From an uncultured virus (IMG/VR IMGVR_UViG_3300030098_003452) (taxonomy: Duplodnaviria > Heunggongvirae > Uroviricota > Caudoviricetes > Crassvirales), in the IMG/VR virus record IMGVR_UViG_3300030098_003452, positions 47,290-67,289 of that record: 20,000 nucleotides of DNA; one strand, written 5' to 3'. Positions 17,649 to 20,000 of this stretch are shown piece after piece. Each line of letters starts with the position of its first letter. Position 1 is the first letter of the stretch. A model generated the notes under the pieces. It saw only the letters and a list, made by a program, of their open reading frames with translations. It searched no databases and was not told the DNA's origin. Position numbers and translations under genes: made by a program.

Positions 17649-17975
17649 TTATTTTATTTTAAATTTGTTATTAATTTGACTCATTACATGTTCTATAAAA
17701 CCATCGTCTTGTACATTTATAGATTCTAAATATACTTTACCATCGTATTCCATACCAAATTCAACATCACATTCATCTTGAGTTAAATAACCAAGAGCAT
17801 CTTGAATACCTTCGATAATACAAGATTCTAATTTTTCATACATTTCTTTTGTCATTTCTGGTTTGTTTAAATCTTCTAATTCTTTTTGTTTAGCTTTTAA
17901 GTCCATATTTACTTGACCCATTTTCTCTTCGAGACCTTTTATTGTAGCCTCTAACAATTCTTTACTTTCATTCAT
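17649..17975 (-). CDS. hypothetical acidic coiled-coil protein
   Basis: Likely start MNESK (17975), since the longer start lies inside the repeated motif. Confidence 0.7.
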   Translation of the reverse strand: MNESKELLEATIKGLEEKMGQVNMDLKAKQKELEDLNKPEMTKEMYEKLESCIIEGIQDALGYLTQDECDVEFGMEYDGKVYLESINVQDDGFIEHVMSQINNKFKIK

Positions 17976-17998
17976 TTTATTTAATTTTAATTTATTAT

Positions 17999-18030
17999 TA
18001 TTATCCAAATACATTTGTATTTAGTTTGTA
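17999..18030 (-). promoter_or_regulatory. repeated bipartite motif copy 3, putative phage promoter
   Basis: TACAAACTAAATACA-N10-GATAATA. Confidence 0.7.
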
Positions 18031-18032
18031 TT

Positions 18033-18102
18033 GTGGTAGGAGAGGAATCGAACCTCTCTGTATACGTGGAATCTCACCACCTTACTATCCATGTAACTAC
18101 CA
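18033..18102 (-). ncRNA. tRNA-like element 1
   Basis: TGGTAG...GAGAGG-TTCGATT-CCTCTC-CTACCA; internal hairpin GTGG-TGAGATT-CCAC; no canonical D arm. Confidence 0.65.
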
Positions 18103-18113
18103 GACCAATTTTG

Positions 18114-18211
18114 TAGCTTGGAGAGGAATCGAACCTCTCAACTCGTCAGTTAGATTTTCAATTCGCTGCTATTACCAATTTTGGGAACGCGATTGAAAAC
18201 CATCTCAAGCT
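18114..18211 (-). ncRNA. tRNA-like element 2
   Basis: AGCTTG...GAGAGG-TTCGATT-CCTCTC-CAAGCT; interior is a long hairpin TTTTCAATCGC...GCGAATTGAAAA. Confidence 0.65.
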
Positions 18212-18230
18212 TCCAGTATTAGTTAGTTAA

Positions 18231-18349
18231 AGAGTGCGACTCTAGGTTGGCAACATTAGGGTCTTTTCATCCCAAGTATTTCTGCTATCACCTCTATTCT
18301 AATACTTTTCGTGTGAGCCAAAGGCGTACTTAATCTTTGCACTTCCACG
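18231..18349 (-). ncRNA. candidate multi-hairpin structured RNA
   Basis: GC-richer block with no convincing ORF; stems CGTG/CACG + CAAAG/CTTTG, AAGTATT/AATACTT, GGG/CCC and AGAGT/ACTCT. Confidence 0.4.
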
Positions 18350-18360
18350 TGTATAGCATT

Positions 18361-18456
18361 TTATTCGTAGTAAACAAAATACATTTTAAACTTATTTGTC
18401 TCTTTCATTAACTTTCTCTCCTTTATTTTAGGTCCAGTTAACTGGCTTTTGTCCAT
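18361..18456 (-). CDS. possible very small ORF (31 aa)
   Basis: MDKSQLTGPKIKERKLMKETNKFKMYFVYYE; supported only by position and strand. Confidence 0.3.
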   Translation of the reverse strand: MDKSQLTGPKIKERKLMKETNKFKMYFVYYE

Positions 18457-18472
18457 GTATTTTGGGTTTTTA

Positions 18473-18631
18473 CTATTTAACTTTCTCTTTTTCATCGTAT
18501 TCTTTTAAATTTTTATTAAATATATTTCTTCTTATATGGCACTTTATTTGTGACGATATATACATTCCTATTGCTATTCCTAAGAAAACTATTATTACTA
18601 CTAAAGGTATCATCATTATTACTTTTTCCAT
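18473..18631 (-). CDS. small single-pass membrane protein (52 aa)
   Basis: Hand-translated MEKVIMMIPLVVIIVFLGIAIGMYISSQIKCHIRRNIFNKNLKEYDEKEKVK. Confidence 0.7.
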   Translation of the reverse strand: MEKVIMMIPLVVIIVFLGIAIGMYISSQIKCHIRRNIFNKNLKEYDEKEKVK

Positions 18632-18671
18632 ATTTCTTTGTGTTTATGTTTTCTTTTATATTTCTTTTTAC

Positions 18672-18751
18672 TAACAAACACAGAAGAGCTAGGTGGTCTC
18701 ACACCTTGATCGAGATCTACTCGCCTTTTAACTCCTCGTTTATGTTTGTTA
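18672..18751 (-). ncRNA. candidate three-way-junction structured RNA (80 nt)
   Basis: TAACAAACATA/TGTGTTTGTTA and GAGGAGTT/AGCTCTTC stems enclose hairpins CGAG-TAGAT-CTCG and AGGTG-TGAGAC-CACCT; the non-Watson-Crick pairs are G-U on the - strand. Confidence 0.6.
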
Positions 18752-18758
18752 TTTAATT

Positions 18759-18968
18759 TCATTTTAACATTGTTCCATAACCTCTACGTCGAGTCAACTT
18801 AGCTATTATTGCAGCATCAGAAGCTGACATTATCTGTATAGAGTTACCAGTTTTGTGGTTAATAAGAGGTGCACATCCATACATTTCTGTAGTAGAGCAC
18901 TTAACACACGTTTTAAAACCAAGTTTAACTCGTCCGTCAGGTATTATATTTTCACACTTACATTTCAT
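18759..18968 (-). CDS. small Cys4 zinc-finger protein (DksA/TraR C4-like)
   Basis: CKC-ENIIPDGRVKLGFKT-CVKC; likely start MKCKC. Confidence 0.6.
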   Translation of the reverse strand: MKCKCENIIPDGRVKLGFKTCVKCSTTEMYGCAPLINHKTGNSIQIMSASDAAIIAKLTRRRGYGTMLK

Positions 18969-18973
18969 ATTGT

Positions 18974-19005
18974 TATTATCCATTAATAAATGTATTTAAT
19001 TTGTA
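18974..19005 (-). promoter_or_regulatory. repeated bipartite motif copy 4, putative phage promoter
   Basis: TACAAATTAAATACA-N10-GATAATA, 5 nt before ATG 18968. Confidence 0.7.
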
Positions 19006-19307
19006 AAACGATTCTCTAAATATATCCAACCATCTTCATCAACTTCATTATTGTTGATTAATGTTTGTAATTTACCACATTTTACATAATCTTCACATTC
19101 TATAAAGTGTTGTATCATAGATTCTATATCAGATTTTTGTAAATCACCTGTATCTACGTCAACTGGTGGTAGAAAAAATACATTTTTAACTTTATGTTTA
19201 TTTTGTATTTCAATAACCTCACCATATCCTTTACCTTCTATTAACATTAAGTAAGAAGATACCATTCCAACATGAATAAATTTCTCTGTTTGTTCTTGTT
19301 TTGTCAT
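18996..19307 (-). CDS. hypothetical protein with UVR-like motif
   Basis: Likely start MTKQEQ with AAATTATG context; FIECEDYVKCGKLQ. Confidence 0.65.
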   Translation of the reverse strand: MTKQEQTEKFIHVGMVSSYLMLIEGKGYGEVIEIQNKHKVKNVFFLPPVDVDTGDLQKSDIESMIQHFIECEDYVKCGKLQTLINNNEVDEDGWIYLENRFTN

Positions 19308-19318
19308 AATTTCTTGTT

Positions 19319-19411
19319 TTAAAAAGCGAAACAGTCTAGTATCATTATTACATTTTCTATTGTTGGTGAAATCTTTATTAATTTCCAATGTATTTTTTGA
19401 GTATAAGACAT
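19319..19411 (-). CDS. possible very small ORF (30 aa)
   Basis: MSYTQKIHWKLIKISPTIENVIMILDCFAF; AAATCATG start; fills the gap. Confidence 0.4.
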   Translation of the reverse strand: MSYTQKIHWKLIKISPTIENVIMILDCFAF

Positions 19412-19448
19412 GATTTCTAGTTTTTACATTTATTTATATTTTAATTTA

Positions 19449-19524
19449 GTGGTAGGTGAGGACTCGAACCTCACTACTTTCAACTATTTGTATCTTACGT
19501 TTCTAGATTTCAACCGTTCTACCT
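19449..19524 (-). ncRNA. tRNA-like element 3
   Basis: GGTAG...GTGAGG-TTCGAGT-CCTCAC-CTACC(AC); AT-rich interior with no D or anticodon arm. Confidence 0.6.
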
Positions 19525-19552
19525 ATCGTGACACTCTTATTTGAGTGGAATT

Positions 19553-19819
19553 TTAGTTTTCTTCGTGTCGATAACACAAACCACTTTCATTTTTAGTTCT
19601 ATTTTTACAAGATTTGTTCTTTTTAGTAATTCCTTTACATTTTTGTGACACTTTGTCATCTTTTACATACGTTTTGTCATGTAAATAGCACAATTCTGTC
19701 TTAGATTTAGTAATATTTTTACATTGAACACTATCTTTAGTGAGTCCATTACACTGGGTTTGACTCATTCCCATCATTGAAATACTTATCATTCCAATTA
19801 TTAAACTTTTCTTTATCAT
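19553..19819 (-). CDS. signal-peptide protein with two Cys3His repeats (DUF5763-like)
   Basis: MIKKSLIIGMISISMMGMS|Q; repeats CNGLTKDSVQCKNITKSKTELCYLH and CKGITKKNKSCKNRTKNESGLCYRH. Confidence 0.7.
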   Translation of the reverse strand: MIKKSLIIGMISISMMGMSQTQCNGLTKDSVQCKNITKSKTELCYLHDKTYVKDDKVSQKCKGITKKNKSCKNRTKNESGLCYRHEEN

Positions 19820-19830
19820 AATTTTAAATT

Positions 19831-19998
19831 TTAATCTAAATTTGGTGTCATACCATTTTGTTTATCTATTTCTATACATTCTTTGATCGCTTTACCAAGT
19901 AAATCTACCTCACGTTTCACTTCGTTGTCCCATATTTCTTGAGCACTTTGTTCTAACTCTTTAATATCTTCTTCATCGAAGTGAGTATAATAACCTAA
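19831..19998 (-). CDS. 5'-truncated hypothetical acidic protein
   Basis: Open frame from the window edge: LGYYTHFDEEDIKELEQSAQEIWDNEVKREVDLLGKAIKECIEIDKQNGMTPNLD*. Confidence 0.6.
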   Translation of the reverse strand, partial: LGYYTHFDEEDIKELEQSAQEIWDNEVKREVDLLGKAIKECIEIDKQNGMTPNLD

Positions 19999-20000
19999 AT

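Noticed and set aside
18033..18102. Canonical tRNA gene (for example Ser-AGA)
   Set aside because: No D arm, a 4-bp anticodon-like stem, no U33 and 6+6 rather than 7+5 stem geometry; kept as a tRNA-like element.
18434..18445. Perfect 12-bp palindrome CCAGTTAACTGG
   Set aside because: Single occurrence; one palindrome this long is plausible by chance in 20 kb.
18033..19474. T-arm repeats as attP/attR remnants or CRISPR repeats
   Set aside because: Each copy has its own complementary 5' strand with compensatory changes, spacing is irregular, and no integrase or cas genes are present.
19532..19547. Small hairpin CACTC-TTATTT-GAGTG upstream of tRNA-like element 3
   Set aside because: Only 5 bp with no U-tract; too weak to call on its own.

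Overview
AT-rich 20 kb segment of a tailed dsDNA phage genome. The host is probably Bacteroidota/Flavobacteriia, inferred from A-rich starts without Shine-Dalgarno sequences, an Hc1-like protein, beta-barrel OMP genes and the SSB type. Two convergent gene blocks meet at a bidirectional terminator (~4090-4128). The + strand block (1-4073) holds late/lysis-type genes: a beta-barrel protein, a thermonuclease, an M15A endolysin and tandem virion-like paralogs. The long - strand block (4142-20000) holds early and replication genes: class II RNR, endonuclease, MazG, a ThyA-fold enzyme, primase-helicase, SSB, RecE-like exonuclease, ERF annealase, sigma factor, DenV, DNA ligase and many small ORFs. 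Main observations: (1) a cluster of structured non-coding elements at 18030-18750 and 19450-19525, including three tRNA-mimic elements with a covarying 6+6 bp acceptor/T stack, a canonical T-loop and unrelated interiors; (2) a 32-bp bipartite motif repeated four times with fixed spacing upstream of genes, a candidate promoter for the phage sigma factor; (3) the 'thymidylate synthase' has the Asp specificity residue of dCMP hydroxymethylases and sits beside two NTP-pyrophosphatase-like genes, predicting modified cytosine in the genome; (4) a shared N-terminal leader on unrelated small late proteins. All family assignments are by motif recognition by eye; no searches were run. Two 10-nt N gaps lie at 1151-1160 and 12800-12809.
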